The notes under the pieces are model-generated. The model ran no database searches. It was not told where the DNA came from and saw nothing but the letters and a program-made list of their open reading frames with translations. Of a stretch of 34,691 nucleotides of DNA, positions 9,313 through 22,444 are shown in pieces. The stretch comes from Intoshia linei (taxonomy: Eukaryota; Animalia; Orthonectida), in assembly GCA_001642005.1 (NCBI GenBank), contig LWCA01000276.1, positions 1 to 34,691 on the forward strand, given 5' to 3'. Numbering within the stretch: the stretch's first letter is position 1; every line of letters begins with the position of its first letter. The position numbers and the translations under genes are program-made.

Positions 9313-12300
9313 GTGACCTGAAAAGGTTTATAAAAATTTTAACTAATTTGTCAAAACATCAATTTTCTATGTATTACTCTTATAGTTACAAATTTTGGAC
9401 AATGGAACAAATTGTTATATAAACCCTGCTCAAATGTACTAAATACATTTTCAAAAAGATCAAAATATGTCAGTGCATTTGAAAATGAAGGGCGAGAAAA
9501 ATTTTCAGGTAAAGTAGTTACTATTTTTGGAGCAACAGGATTTGTTGGATCTAATTTAGTCAACCGATTAGGTAAATTTATGTATATTGTATATGTACTA
9601 CGACATTATAGTTTACAATGCATGTAAAATGTTATTTATTTATTTTTTTTGTATGTACCAGTATGATGCCACCTGCACTTAAAAAATATGTGTTTAAATA
9701 TTTTTTTATTTATAAATCAATGGCTTGTAAACGTTGAACCCGCATCAATTTTAGTGTGTAAATGTTCAGCCTTATAAAGTTTTAAATTCTTTATATCAAT
9801 CCCTCTGTATCATTAATTAAAATGTCGAGACCCTTAAAACGTGTGTATAAATTGATGAATTATTAAAATTCAGTATTAAATATATTGTAGTTTTTATATA
9901 ATCTATGCAGAATTGTGTGGATCTAATTTTTTTCAAATTTTAAACTTTAATAATGGGACCTAAAAACGTTTTAGTATGAAATTTTTTAATTAACGTTTTG
10001 AAAATTTTCCCCTTGCAATGGGGAAATATACAATGCATTTTTTAGTTCATCTAATATATCGTAGAGTCTACGAGCTGATTACACGATACTGTCTGTGAGC
10101 AGGGCCGTGTAAAGCCAGAAGAGGCGTGACCAGATGGAAATTGTAGACCCATATAAAAAAAAATTTAAAATATAAGACCTCTATACACAGCGTAATCAAT
10201 CGTTAACTATTTAAAAATTAATAACCGTTAAAAATTGCATCAGTTATCGCAATTTTGGTATATTTAAGAAATTTTCAAACATTATCTATTAATAAATGAA
10301 AAAAGTAGACTCTCATGATTGTAGACCGGGTCATATTACTCTAAACCTTTCCACAGCCCTGTATGTGAGTAGATTATATTGTTATGTAATATTATTTTAT
10401 AGGTAGACATGGCTGTCAACTTATATTACCTTATAGATGTGACGAGTATTTTACTAGAGAATTGAAGGTATGCGGAGAGCCGGGACAGATTCGTTTAAGT
10501 GTATTTTTTATTTATATTTAATTTAAATTGTTTTGCAATGATTCTTTTCAATTATTTATTATTAGCAATTTGATTATTTGACTGAAAAAGAAATTCGAAA
10601 AACAATTAAACACAGTAATATCGTCATTAATTTAATTAAAAGTGATGTAAGCACAAAGTAATGTTTCTAATTAATCGAAATTTAATAATTTAATTAGGAA
10701 TAATTCCTTGGACCATTCTAATATTGAAATCCCTCGAAATATCGCTAAGTTATGCCGAGAATATGGGATTGATAGGTTCATTCAAGTGTCTAGTTTAAAT
10801 GCATCTGAAGATAAGAGTGGATTTTTGCTATCAAAGGTTAATGTTTTTTATTCAATATTTACAATTTTTGACATTCATGATCATGATGAGAATTATGGTG
10901 AGTTGCATTATTTTTGTATAGTGTCATTTTATAGATCCAATCTATTGTTCAAATTTCATGTCATGTAGAGATGTCTAGTCGAAATTTTTGAATATTTTGA
11001 ATATTTTTAATTTGCACTTTTAGTCATTATTAACAATTGAATGTATGTCAGGCTCTGGACTGGTCTTTAATTAACAAACGATTGTTATGAGAAGGATCGT
11101 GGAGAGCCAGCAGTAGGCCCAGATCATATGGAAATTGTAGTGTCCTATAAAAAAATTTTAAAAAATGGGACCGCTATGCATTGCTTAATTGATTGTCTAT
11201 TATGTAAAAATAATTGGTCATCATAAAAATGAAAACAGTAAATATGTAAAATTTTTCAAAAATTAAAAATATGTTTCTTGATTGTAGGCCCATAGCCCTT
11301 CTCTACGGCCCTGGTTATGAGACGAACATTTAATTTATGTTAATATTTTTATTAATATTTATATCACATTTATAATGAATACTATAATTTATGATATTAT
11401 AATTATAATATAGTATCTCGGAGAAATTGCTGTAAGGGAAGAATTACCATCAACCATTTTAGTAAAATCTAGTGAAGTAAGTATAGTTTTTCTTTAAATT
11501 AATTGGTACATTACGTACATTATTAAGTTGCAAATTGTTTTTTATACTTTTACTTTGTACCAAATTATAAACTGTTTTTAGGAAAATTTTTTTTAATATA
11601 TTTTAAAGAGGGTTTTAAGGACATTTTTTGTATCAAATTTTAAAGAGGGTTCCAGTTTTTTAATTATAATTTTGTTTGTTCATCTTATTTACGTTAAAAA
11701 GTAAGATTTGTGGAGTTTTAAAAACAACAATTTTTATTAGGTGTTTTTGAGAATTAGATTTCATAAATTAAGTTTTTAAAGGTAATAAAACCAATTATCT
11801 TTTTTTTAAAAATAAAAAGACCTATAATTTTTTTTAAATCTACATTCTGATACATATTTTAAAATCATCAACAGTGTAAATTTCAATTTCAAAAACTTAT
11901 ATCTTCATGGTCAAAACCACAAATTAACCATTCTGACTGATATAAAAGTAAGTATATATAAATGTATGTAAGATTTCATATTTAACAAAAGCCATTTACC
12001 GCTTACTCGTTTTTTTGTGAATTTATTTCATTAACAAAAAATTTGATATAATTTAGATCCTAGAATTTAAAAATAAAAAATTGTATTGACACTTTTGGGG
12101 ACCATTCCTTTGAAAGATTGGTAATAGTGAATAATCCTATTGGTATGCAAGATTTCATTTTTTTGGTAGAATTAAAAATGTCAGCTCTCAGCAGAGCTAA
12201 GTGATGTTTGTACGAAGTACAAAACAGTCAAGCTGTTTATTCTATATTATCTGGAGTATTTAATTTAGAATTTAGATTTTTGGACATAACGATACTCATT

Positions 12301-15300
12301 TCAATAAATATGGTTTGTCAGGTTTGATTATATTTTAAATTGTAGATACATACGTTGTTTTAGTCCTTCAAATTTAACTGTTTATTCTTTTATTAGAAAA
12401 AACCATTTTCTTTTTTAATTTTAAGAATTTATCAAGAAAAATTTTTAAATCGATTAATCTGTTACTTATTTTTACTCTTCCTGATTGTAATTATTGATAT
12501 TTATCAATAAATGTTAATAAATAAAAATTGAACTGAATGTTACGATATTTTAAGTTAAGATAATGCTATTTTTGGCTTGGTTTTTTGTCATTGGTGGGTT
12601 GACCATGTTTGGTTGGACATTTTATTTATTTAAATTGGGTTGTACCTCATTAATTCTGGTTTTTAGGAAAATAATTTTGAAATTTATATGTATTTTTTTG
12701 AGGTATTACATACGGGCATATTAGAAAGATGAAAAGTTGGCTAAAAAGCATCGAATTCGTTGGCAATCCTGAAAAAAGTTTTTTTAAAAACTACACTGTA
12801 ACTTAAAGTTTAAGTAAACTTGAAACGTTTTAAATTATAAAAAGTTTTGTGTGTATTATCTGGAGATAACTGTATGAAATGTATATGTTTTTTAAATTCT
12901 AGGACTTAATTTTTTAAAAAAATGTAATTTTAGGTTTTGACCCTGAAGATATAACTTTTTGAAATTTAAATTTGTAACAATGTTCATGATTTTAAAATCT
13001 GTATCAGAGTATATTTTTTTAAACTCTAGTATTCGTTTGATTTTCAAAAAAAAGATAATTAGGGTTTTTGACCAGTAAAATGTATATTTTTGAAATTGAA
13101 ATTTATCTTACTTTCTCCTACGGAAAATTCTGAATTTGAATTTTATGTGTGTTAATATTGTCAAATTTTACTTATTGAAATAAACGACAACACAGACAAA
13201 CAGAGAGTTTTATATGTTAGGCTGTATTATTAGAACCAAAATTAAATTAATTAGAAATTCAGTTTAAAAAAGTAAATTTTAAATCAAATGTGATATATAA
13301 AACTTTTAACTGTAACATTAAAGGGTTACATATTTCAAAATCTATGTATCACATATGATACATTACATAAAAAGGGGCATACCTAGGGGCAATCGATTAA
13401 AAATTTAAAAATCTAGCCTAACATTAATGTACATTATAATAATTTATTGCTCTTCTTTTTTAGAATTTTTCTGCAAATTATTTTATAGAAAAGGTTTATT
13501 TAAATGTGACGTGTGAAAAAAATTAATCGATAAATTTGACGAAACATTTTTATCGGTTGCCAACACTACTCATACCCACTAACATTATAAATATTTTGCA
13601 ATTATTTTTTGTTTGTTCTTGAATTCAGGATTTGCTTTATATTATTTACAATTTGAATTTCACGTAGAATTATATGTTCTACCTCTCGAAAATAGTTAAA
13701 TATTACCAGTTTTATATTGAATAAAAATTTTTTATTGACCATTTAAATTTTATTTGAAGCTATTTAACATACTTTACGAATTCTAAAAAATATATGTTTC
13801 ATATATAAGACTGTATATTTGTTATCCATTCAATTTAATTTACGACAGTAGGTGTTTTCATTTTGAAATTTGGCCTTAGTTCTGGAATTGAGTTGTCACA
13901 TGAATTCTGGAAAAAGTTAATTAATTATTATATTTTTTATAATAGTTTTACATATTTTTTATTTTAATACATTTAGTAATTTAAGCTTGATATATTTTCA
14001 AGTCCTATATAGTTAATTCTGCTTAGAAAGGGTTAAATAATATGACCATATTTAAGTATAATATAATATTTAACCTTTTTATTGATATTTTTTAATAGGT
14101 TTAAGTTTACTACTTAAAAGAAATTTAATTAAGTTTTATTCTATGAAGTTAAGTTGGTTTTTTTTATATTGATTTTTAATTTGTTTTGTCTTTACAATTG
14201 ATGAATTATCGTAAATACATTTTTCCATTTTATTTGTTTTTTTTAAAAAATTGATTTTACATATACTTTTATTGTTAATTAAATGTTGGGTTTTTGCTTT
14301 TGAGTAACTATGGACAAGTAACTACTAGCCATTGCTAAAACTGGACTGAAAATTGTTTATTTTGATGTCTTTTATTATATGATTATAATCAAACCAATAT
14401 TTGATTTATAATTTTAGTTCGTTATCTGAACAATTTTATTCCAGTTATTAAAAGACTCCCAAAGCCTATAAAAGCTCCTATTAGTGTAAATTACTATTAT
14501 AATATTTATATATTTTATATTACATACATACTACTGTGATGTGTAATCCACATTTTGTATGTTGAGATTCAAATTTATATTTATTAATTATTAATATATA
14601 AATAATTGTATCTTGTTTGTATTAGTTGTTTATTTTATTTCTTTTGTATTTTCAATGAATACATAAGGTTGTTGAAATGTTCACGCGAATATCGATTTTC
14701 AATTAAATTTTATGATCAATTAATAATGCGTGGGAATAATGCAGTTTAAATTTTAATAACGTGTTAATGAATATATGGTAATTGTTATTTATTTTACTTA
14801 CATTTCAATAATAATTTTAAAATTTCCCACTGTTGATTTTGTGTTATACGCCAAATTGATTTCTAAAATAATAATGACTCTCGATTTTTATGCTGGATAA
14901 GGAGCTTTTGGGGTTTTTGTTTCTGCTTTATGGTATTCTAATATGTATACAAGTTTTATTAATTTACAATTTATGCATATATTTTTCACATCTCATAACC
15001 CTGAAACCCTTCAATGACTATTTTCATTAAAAACATTAATTGTAAGCTTTATAATACAATTGTATTATCTGTTGACACTTATTTAATTTGTCCTTAAGAT
15101 TGTCATTAAAATTTTATTTTTCGGTTAAATTATTCATTTGTACCCATCTGTTGCGTTTAAAATTAAAATTTTAGATTATAGAGTGCCCTGAGGCAATTTT
15201 AACCGCTTGAGAGTTTTTGCCTAAGGATTATACTAAACGATTATCATAATAAACGATTAGATTAACAATTTAAATTGACAAGATTAGGCTAGATTTTAAT

Positions 15301-18300
15301 GTAATTTATTTTTTGTATAATTCACTCAAATTGTCAATTTCATCTTTTTAATTTTTATCATTTATTAGTCACTATTCTGGTCGTTTTAATTAGTGAGAAA
15401 AATTTTAGTTTTGAAATACATTGTATAGTATGTATATTAAAAATTGTCTTTATTTTTTAAATGTCTTTATTCTGTTTTCTCTCAAGTTCAATTTAACACC
15501 ATAATTTATTTAAATATGGGTCCATTTGCGTAAGCCGTGCATGAAAAAATTAAGTAATTTTAAAATGTTAAATTTTAAGTTTATGAAGAAAAAATATCTT
15601 TGATTTCACATCGAATAAATTATAGTACAAGTTGAATAACTTTAAATTATTATAATAATTATTGTAATTATGTAATTTTTATTAATGTTATTTCCATAAT
15701 GTAGCGAAGTAATATGTATTATTTTAGATTATAGATTTTTGTACAGGGATGGCTGAAATTGTTAATAATACAGAATTTAATGGTCAAACTTATCAATTTT
15801 TTGGGTAATGATAAAAAATATAAATAATACATAATAATAAAATGTAATATTCTTAAATTTTTTTTGAATTGCAATTTTTTATAAATAAGGTGCTTTGTCG
15901 TAATGAAATATGTATTTTTAAAAATTTTTTTCAAATACAATACAAAAAAATATGTGTCAACGCCATTCATTAATGTTATTTAATATTCGCCAAATATGAC
16001 CATTTAAAAAAGAATGAACTCCTCCCCTAGGAATTGTTCTTTTTAAATTTTCCAGAGAATATAAAAAATTTATCATTTCGGTTTTTGACCGTGAAGATAC
16101 AAATTTATCTTACTTTCTGCACCGAAAATAACTGATTTTTAAATTTTTTATAAAATTTCTGGGATTTTCAATTTTTAAATAAATGGTTACATACACAAAA
16201 TGATATTTCTAGCAGTTTTTATTTTATAAAATAAGTAAAGACATAATATAATAAGGATTAGATACTTTCAAAATATTTTTTATAACAGACCGATAATTCT
16301 ACATTAATTTATTTGTATTTATTTATACCCAATTTTGTAATTTATTTTGTAAATTTAATTTAATAAAAATAATGTTTTATCAAATTTAAACTTGATATGG
16401 ACCCAGGGTGGCACGTGTCACGTTGATATGTAAATTCCCCCAATGAATATTTATCCATAAATATTTAAAAAAATTTATTTTTAACCACTTTATAGTGCAA
16501 TGCAATTAATCCAACGCCGTATAGTCAAGGCGTAGCGGGGTCAGGATCATATCACGAGACCCAATCATAACGGGAATACTATTCTAAATTAATATGAAAT
16601 GATAGAGAAATTTATTATATGATTACCAAATTTTCCTTCTCCACATAACGTTGAAAAAGGGCTGCATTAATCAATGGATATAGACAGTGCCGAACCTACG
16701 GTACCAATATCCCTCTTTTGCGGCTTGACGAAATTTTTAGAAAATGGGGTCTAGTTTTTTCAAATTAACCATTAAAAAAATGATATTCTTGAATATGATT
16801 ACTATTTTGTGTGTTAAAATTAAAATGTCGGTCAAGAGTCTTAGAAAGGTGCTAGGGATATATGATGCCATTGGTAGTTTTTTAAAATATTTTCAACTTC
16901 TATTTTTCATTGCCGAGTCCACTTTGTTCTCCACGGTTCTGTGTATTATAATATGATAATATAATATTCATTTTTACCAACTTTTTTGCGTAAAATCCAA
17001 TTTCCAATGAAAAATCGAATGAATGTTACATCACATTTCAACCATATAAATGATGTTTTTGTTATACAACTTATGGTATGCTTCTGATAGTTAACTGATT
17101 ACAATGTTGGTTTGCAATGTTTTTCTGGGGACCACTTTTAACTTTTTTATTGCTAATTATTGGAATTAATTAGCATAATAGAAAAAATTAGATTAATTAA
17201 GAATAAGGATAAATACATATAATAAATAAGAATAATAATAACAAAAATGATACAATTCAAAATTTTTTTGTTAGTTTTATCTAGTGCATTGGTCCACGAT
17301 TCGAATAGTGTATGAACCCCATTTCAAAATATTATTTTTTTTGGACACTAAGAAAAACTAAGAAAACATGAATTATTAAACATTTATGAAAATATTCATA
17401 AGATTTGGTTAAATCGTATTTTTCAAAAAAATATTGGAAAAAGGGGATTTTTCCATTAAGGGTTAGTAAAATTGGATTTTTATTTAGGTCTTTGATTAAG
17501 TCAATTTTTCGCTTGATTGGTTTGAAATAGTGTTTGGAATGGTATTTTTTATTAAATTTTATTGATGGTGGGATAAAAGTGGGATTTTTGAATAAATTTC
17601 CAACATCTGCCAACTATGTAATAAATATTAAAAATTCTCCTATAAAAATAAAAAAAGGTTGATAATAATTTTTTTATATTTTATTTGGTCTAACGGACGG
17701 CATGCATATAGTTTTGGATCCCCAATTGAGAACCACTGATTAAGTGTATCAATGTTACCCAATTTTGTATTACGAATAATTTACCGATAATTTTAAATTT
17801 AAATGTAATTTATGAAAAATAATTCAAATTGTTCACACTGCCGCACCAAATTTTCAATAAGATCGCATTTTCCCCACTTTTGTTATATATCTTCAGGTTC
17901 ATAGGTTTTGTTTGATAGTTTTTATCGAATAAAATCGTTCAGACATAACATTGCCCAATTATTTACATTTCTATGATTTGTTTCATATTTCATAATCTCA
18001 TTTCTTATGTATGAAATCTTGCGGGTTTATATAATATTATATATTTAAGTTTGAACTAGTTTAATATTGATACGACACTTATTGCGCCCTTGTTATTTTT
18101 ATTGACTCTATTAGGATGTAATTAGGAATTCAAAATGTATTAGTATGTAAAAAATTGACCTTAGTGTTATGTTTTAGTAATTTCGACGTGAATAGACGCA
18201 ATTAACTTTTATATTAATAAATAATTTTTTAATTAATTTATAATTCCTATTGATTCATTACAGTACTAATAGAGCTAAAACTAATCAAATATTGTTTAAA

Positions 18301-19148
18301 TTAAATTTAGACCGCATCAATACTACTTGGAAGATTTGATTACTTATTATTTGCATTGTATGAAAAAATTTCACTGTCGTACCATTGATTATAGGTATGT
18401 AAAATTGATCTATGACCTGCAGCTCAAATTTTATTCTAAATTTTCAAAAAAACCGTTATATAGCATGGAAAAATTTCTACTAGTAATTTTTATTTTTAAT
18501 TAATATTAAGATTGCACTCTTGGGATTTAGTGATAAATTTTTCATTTGTCTATTAAATTTAAGCTTGATATTTGTTGACAACTTTTATTTTTTTAAATTT
18601 CTTTGATTTTGGGATGGAATTAGCAACTGGTATCCCACTAATTTTAATTTTCATTTTAATTAAAAAAATTTTCAAATTTTTCTTACCTTTTGTATGCCAA
18701 CTGACAGGTAGATCATATGCATCTGAATTACCGTTTTGTTTTTATTGATATTTTGATTAGAATTTATTTTTTTGATGCCTTGTGACTCCCGTCCTTCTAT
18801 ATTGTACATTGTTTTTAATTTGATGTTGTAATTAAATAACTACAATAGTTGGCCGGCTAGTAGAAAATGGTAGTATAAGTAGTAAGTCGGACAACCAACG
18901 TGTTTGTATAATATATCTTTGCTCTAATAATAAGATATTTATAAAACCTATAAACTTAGGAACACGAATCTGATGTAATTGATGGGAATGGTTTGACAAT
19001 ATACGATTTAGGATTATCAAAATTGATCCCTGTTACAGACAAGGCAACAAATGATTTGATTTATTATAGTGAAGGGTTAACATCATTAGCTGAGGATAAA
19101 ATTGTTTATGGCGATGCTCCGTCACCTCCCAGTATTCCCTTCTATTAG
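9300..19148 (+). CDS. NDUFA9: NADH dehydrogenase (ubiquinone) 1 alpha subcomplex subunit 9 (complex I 39-kDa SDR-fold subunit), 11 exons, 380 aa
   Basis: Manual splice model with GT-AG introns and consistent phases: join(9300..9312,9386..9571,10403..10500,10566..10657,10698..10836,11414..11476,12276..12321,14418..14485,15728..15804,18311..18482,18960..19148) = 1143 nt. The translation contains GREKFSGKVVTIFGATGFVG (Rossmann motif), GCQLILPYRCDEY, HSNIVINLI, IPRNIAKLCREYGIDRFIQVSSLNA, FLLSKYLGEIAVRE, EIFGHND, NGQTYQFFGPHQYYLEDL and YDLGL, all colinear with animal NDUFA9. Exon 1 (13 nt) and the exon 7 donor (12321 versus 12312) are the least certain parts. Confidence 0.93.
9386..9571 (+). CDS. 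NDUFA9: NDUFA9 exon 2 (transit-peptide region and GATGFVG motif)
   Basis: Overlaps track ORF 9412..9627; donor TTAG|GTAAAT at 9572. Confidence 0.92.
10100..10361 (+). mobile_element. hAT MITE family B, copy 1 (NDUFA9 intron 2)
   Basis: TIR CAGGGCCGTG / CACAGCCCTG; TSD TCTGTGAG / TATGTGAG. Confidence 0.85.
10403..10500 (+). CDS. NDUFA9: NDUFA9 exon 3
   Basis: Encodes GRHGCQLILPYRCDEYFTRELKVCGEPGQIRLS; AG at 10401-2, GT at 10501. Confidence 0.93.
10566..10657 (+). CDS. NDUFA9: NDUFA9 exon 4
   Basis: Encodes QFDYLTEKEIRKTIKHSNIVINLIKSDVST(K). Confidence 0.9.
10698..10836 (+). CDS. NDUFA9: NDUFA9 exon 5
   Basis: Encodes NNSLDHSNIEIPRNIAKLCREYGIDRFIQVSSLNASEDKSGFLLSK; matches the start of track ORF 10708..10968. 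Confidence 0.93.
11092..11313 (+). mobile_element. hAT MITE family B, copy 2 (NDUFA9 intron 5)
   Basis: AAGGATCGTGGAGA ... TCTCTACGGCCCTG; perfect TSD GTTATGAG. Confidence 0.88.
11414..11476 (+). CDS. NDUFA9: NDUFA9 exon 6
   Basis: Encodes YLGEIAVREELPSTILVKSSE; donor GTAAGT. Confidence 0.92.
11760..12236 (+). mobile_element. Helitron fragment in NDUFA9 intron 6
   Basis: Tandem-unit cores at about 11775 and 11904; 3' hairpin TGTTTGTACGAAGTACAAAACA with a decayed CTAG. Confidence 0.72.
12276..12321 (+). CDS. NDUFA9: NDUFA9 exon 7
   Basis: Encodes IFGHNDTHFNKYGLS; TTTAG acceptor. Confidence 0.85.
12840..13110 (-). repeat. Helitron tandem-unit fragment (inverted)
   Basis: GGTTTTGACCCTGAAGAT cores about 130 bp apart; reverse complement of 29160-29330. 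Confidence 0.7.
14418..14485 (+). CDS. NDUFA9: NDUFA9 exon 8
   Basis: Encodes (V)RYLNNFIPVIKRLPKPIKAPIS, equivalent to the KQPVY segment. Confidence 0.85.
15728..15804 (+). CDS. NDUFA9: NDUFA9 exon 9
   Basis: Encodes IIDFCTGMAEIVNNTEFNGQTYQFF(G); TTTTAG acceptor and GTAATG donor. Confidence 0.88.
17290..17555 (+). repeat. Unclassified interspersed repeat, copy 2
   Basis: Homologous to 7780-7985. Confidence 0.7.
18311..18482 (+). CDS. NDUFA9: NDUFA9 exon 10
   Basis: Encodes PHQYYLEDLITYYLHCMKKFHCRTIDYRYVKLIYDLQLKFYSKFSKKPLYSMEKFLL; donor GTAATT. Confidence 0.87.
18960..19148 (+). CDS. NDUFA9: NDUFA9 exon 11 (terminal)
   Basis: Encodes EHESDVIDGNGLTIYDLGLSKLIPVTDKA...GDAPSPPSIPFY followed by TAG. 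Confidence 0.88.
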   Translation, partial: EHESDVIDGNGLTIYDLGLSKLIPVTDKATNDLIYYSEGLTSLAEDKIVYGDAPSPPSIPFY

Positions 19149-19166
19149 TATTCTGTATACTATTTG

Positions 19167-19172
19167 AATAAA
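19167..19172 (+). promoter_or_regulatory. Putative polyadenylation signal of NDUFA9
   Basis: AATAAA 18 nt after the stop codon, followed by T-rich sequence. AATAAA is common in AT-rich DNA. Confidence 0.45.
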
Positions 19173-21952
19173 TGTAATTATTCAGTAGTTATTAATTTTA
19201 TTTTATGTATTTAATGATGGCACGCGATAAAAAGTTTTGTTATTTTATAACTATTAAGTTGCAGCTGCATTATTGTAGACGATATTCCGTTAATTTTGAC
19301 TAAATTCCTATTTACTTATTGAACCAAAAATGATGTGAAACTTTTAAAATTCAAATATTGAAGTGTCATAAAATCTGAAAGTTTTAAATTTAAATAAAAT
19401 TAAAATTCTATGCATAATTACGCAAATTGCATTTTAATTGCATGTTTTGATTTGTTGTATAAATATAATGATCAATAATAGTATTCGATGCTGGATATAT
19501 AATTTATGGCTAGTGTGAATCTATGCAGAGTATGTTCTCATAATCTACCACATGCTACTCGCATTTGTGACATGGTGTCCGGTAGGATCAGTTAACATTA
19601 CTCTCAAGTATTATTCAAATTTTAATTGCTTGAAATGTTACATTAAACATTTTCTATCTATAATTGTATTTGAATTAATGAATTTTTAATTGCTACATTC
19701 ATTCCGTGAGTTTCATTTTGTTTATTTCGATAGACTAAGCAGAATACACTGCATACAAAATATACAGCTGCATAATGCACGCGACACTATGAAAATTTGT
19801 TTTAATTTGTTATGCAGTTTCAATTATGCAAATTAATTTCTTTTAAACATGTCACATGTTGAAGCATGTAAAGTAACATGTCATTTATCTTATAAATTTA
19901 ACTGCACTCGGGTCCTGTTTTATGTGTACGCAACGACTTGAAATTTTCAAGTACTCTATTGTTTTGACGCTAATCTTGAAGCAGATGTGCGACACGTAAA
20001 AGGGAACTTTTTTTAAAATCCATAATGTATTCATAATTTCCACGATCCAATCTTGAAGAAATACCTAGACTACATTGTCTGGAAATTTGCTACATCAATT
20101 ATTTGGCACCTGCTACCTAAACACGCCCAAATATTTATATTAAATATTGATTGGATATCAAATAATTATCAATATTTATAAACTATAGTTTCCTGACTAA
20201 GTGTCCTTCGAGAATTGACAATGAACCAAAACTGAAATGTGAAATTTTTAAATTTGAGTCTAATATATAATACGCATATATCAAGCACCATATTTCACAA
20301 TAACGCACATTTTTCTAAAATCCAATATATTGATTTTGAACAAATTTTCGACGCGACAACATTTTCAGAAAATATTGATATATCGACCAACAACATTGAT
20401 TTTATTTGAATTTTATCGTATTTAAATTTATATTATTGAATTTTTACATCTTATCTCAACATCATACCTTGAAATATCAAATAACCATCAACCCCAAGAG
20501 TATCGCAACTAAATAATTGATTTAAACTCGTGTAAGTAATTATAACCCTATACATTTATACTTGAATATTGGACTTTATGTACGTCAAGTCGATAATGCG
20601 CATTTTATGTATTGTACTTTCATTTTTTAACATGCTGCCAAATTGTTGAAATTGGATATTTTTATTTATTAATCCATAAAATGCAATTATCGACTTTTAT
20701 ATATAATTTACATGTTAATATGTATTTCATTTTTTATTATACAGTTGATGCTTTAACTGCATGAAAATTTGAGGTGTATATTAGTTTATTTTATCTTTAT
20801 AAAATATGGGATTGCATAAGTAATGCCAATGTTTTATACGTTTGTTGTTTTCTTAAGAAATCCTTTCAGCGGTAATTGTCACGTTTTAGCATCAAAATTT
20901 TCATTTAACCAATAGGTGGTATTTATTAATCAACAATGTAGCAATTGTTTGTTACACAATACATTTTATTTACCAAATTGTACAACTTGTACAAATTTTT
21001 AGTAATACAAATTTTTGAAATTTATACCAATTTTTCTTGTAGTTTTAAGTTTAACTTAATTTCGTGTATTGTATTATATATGTTGTATATGCAATTTCTT
21101 TTGAATATTACAATGTACATCTTATATTAATGAAATGGCTGGATTCTTTATATATACAATTTGTATATCATATATTCCTTACTCTTATTATTTGTATATG
21201 CGGCTATTTTATGTTTTACCTTTTTTTAAATAAACTTTTCTAAGTATTAGTTTGACTAAAAAAAATACAATTATTAGAATAAGAGGTGCAAAGTTTTTAA
21301 ACTTTTTTATTTTGATATACTATTACATTTTTCATTTAATTTCAGTTTTAATTTTAATGCACAATACTAAATCCTTAAAAATTTTATTTAGTTTTTATTC
21401 CAGAAATTATAAATCAAAAAACTAGTTTTTTAATTCATCATTATTCAAAATTTAGATAAAATTTAAAATACACGCACGCTATTGACAGGAAATGATTAAT
21501 GAACAATTTGAGCTTAATAACATTATAATAAACTTTTTGAGTCTAGTTGACAACTTTTGACTTTATTTTAGTTTTTAAACTTATTAACTCAAGGGAAATA
21601 ATATATAGTTTTCATCAGTTTCTTTACAATTAATATTATATTTACAATCAAAAAAGTAAAAATGAAAAATTGAGAAATGGAAACTGTGTCATCGGTTCTA
21701 ATAACATAATTATCTTGTACACCATTTGAATATGTAAATTTCAGGATATAAGAAGAAAACTTTTCGTTGAACCTTATCATCTTCCAATAAACTCATTTTT
21801 TGTGTGTAATCTGGAATTCATATTTACCACTTTACCAATCCTGTCGTTTATTCTTATGTGTATATAATTTAATGTATGGGTGTACAAGTTATTCAATGGA
21901 TAATTATTATAATTACGTAAAAATTTTGAAAAATATAATTTCCAGGTATAAT

Positions 21953-22209
21953 CAGGCAATGGAGAGGGAGCTTGGGACCATATGGTCCGGGTATACAATT
22001 ATGAGGGTCTACTTTTTAATTTATTAATAGGTAATTAGTAATAGTTTGAAAATTTCGATAATCAATACGATTTCCAACGGTTATTTTTAATTTTTAGATA
22101 ATGAACGATCGATTAAAAAATTTATACCGGTCCCATTTTTTTAAAAAATTTGAAGGGGAGCCTACAATTCTATCTGTCCCGGGCCTACTGTTGGATCTCC
22201 ATGGCGCTG
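21953..22209 (-). mobile_element. hAT MITE family B, copy 3
   Basis: Reverse-orientation homolog of copies 1 and 2; TSD GGTATAAT / AGTATAAT. Confidence 0.85.
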
Positions 22210-22444
22210 AGTATAATGGTTTTTTCTTATAATATATATTAAAAACAATATATCTCAGGAATTGGCATCTTTACGGTAAAAATGCATATTAATCAATAAT
22301 TAATAGTTCTATAATTTAAAAAAAATAATTCCAAGACAATAAGTTTTTTTTAGTTTGACATGCATTAAAAATTTTAACCTCAGAAATTAATATCTTGACA
22401 TTCAAAAACAGTTATATTACCATTTTAAAATCCAAATATGTAAT

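Noticed and set aside
9351-9563. Antisense 70-aa ORF
   Set aside because: Shadow of NDUFA9 exon 2.
715-13110. CRISPR-like array suggested by regularly spaced GGTCAAAACC cores
   Set aside because: Eukaryotic context, degenerate repeats, mutually homologous 'spacers' and no cas genes. It is a tandem unit inside a TE.
16685-16941. Possible MITE CAGTGCCGAACC...CCACGGTTCTG
   Set aside because: The TIR match is weak and there is no TSD, so it was not listed as a feature.
18110-18180. 'GIQNVL' as candidate NDUFA9 exon 9
   Set aside because: The frame is broken, and 15728-15804 fits both homology and splice phase.
18395-18400. Apparent donor AG|GTATGT within exon 10
   Set aside because: The frame stays open with NDUFA9-like sequence to 18482, whose donor phase matches the last exon.
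15719-22027. Short ORFs at 15719, 16744, 17332, 18832, 20945, 21589, 21777 and 21800
   Set aside because: F/I/L/K/Y-rich products expected from AT-rich or repeat DNA, with no recognisable motifs.
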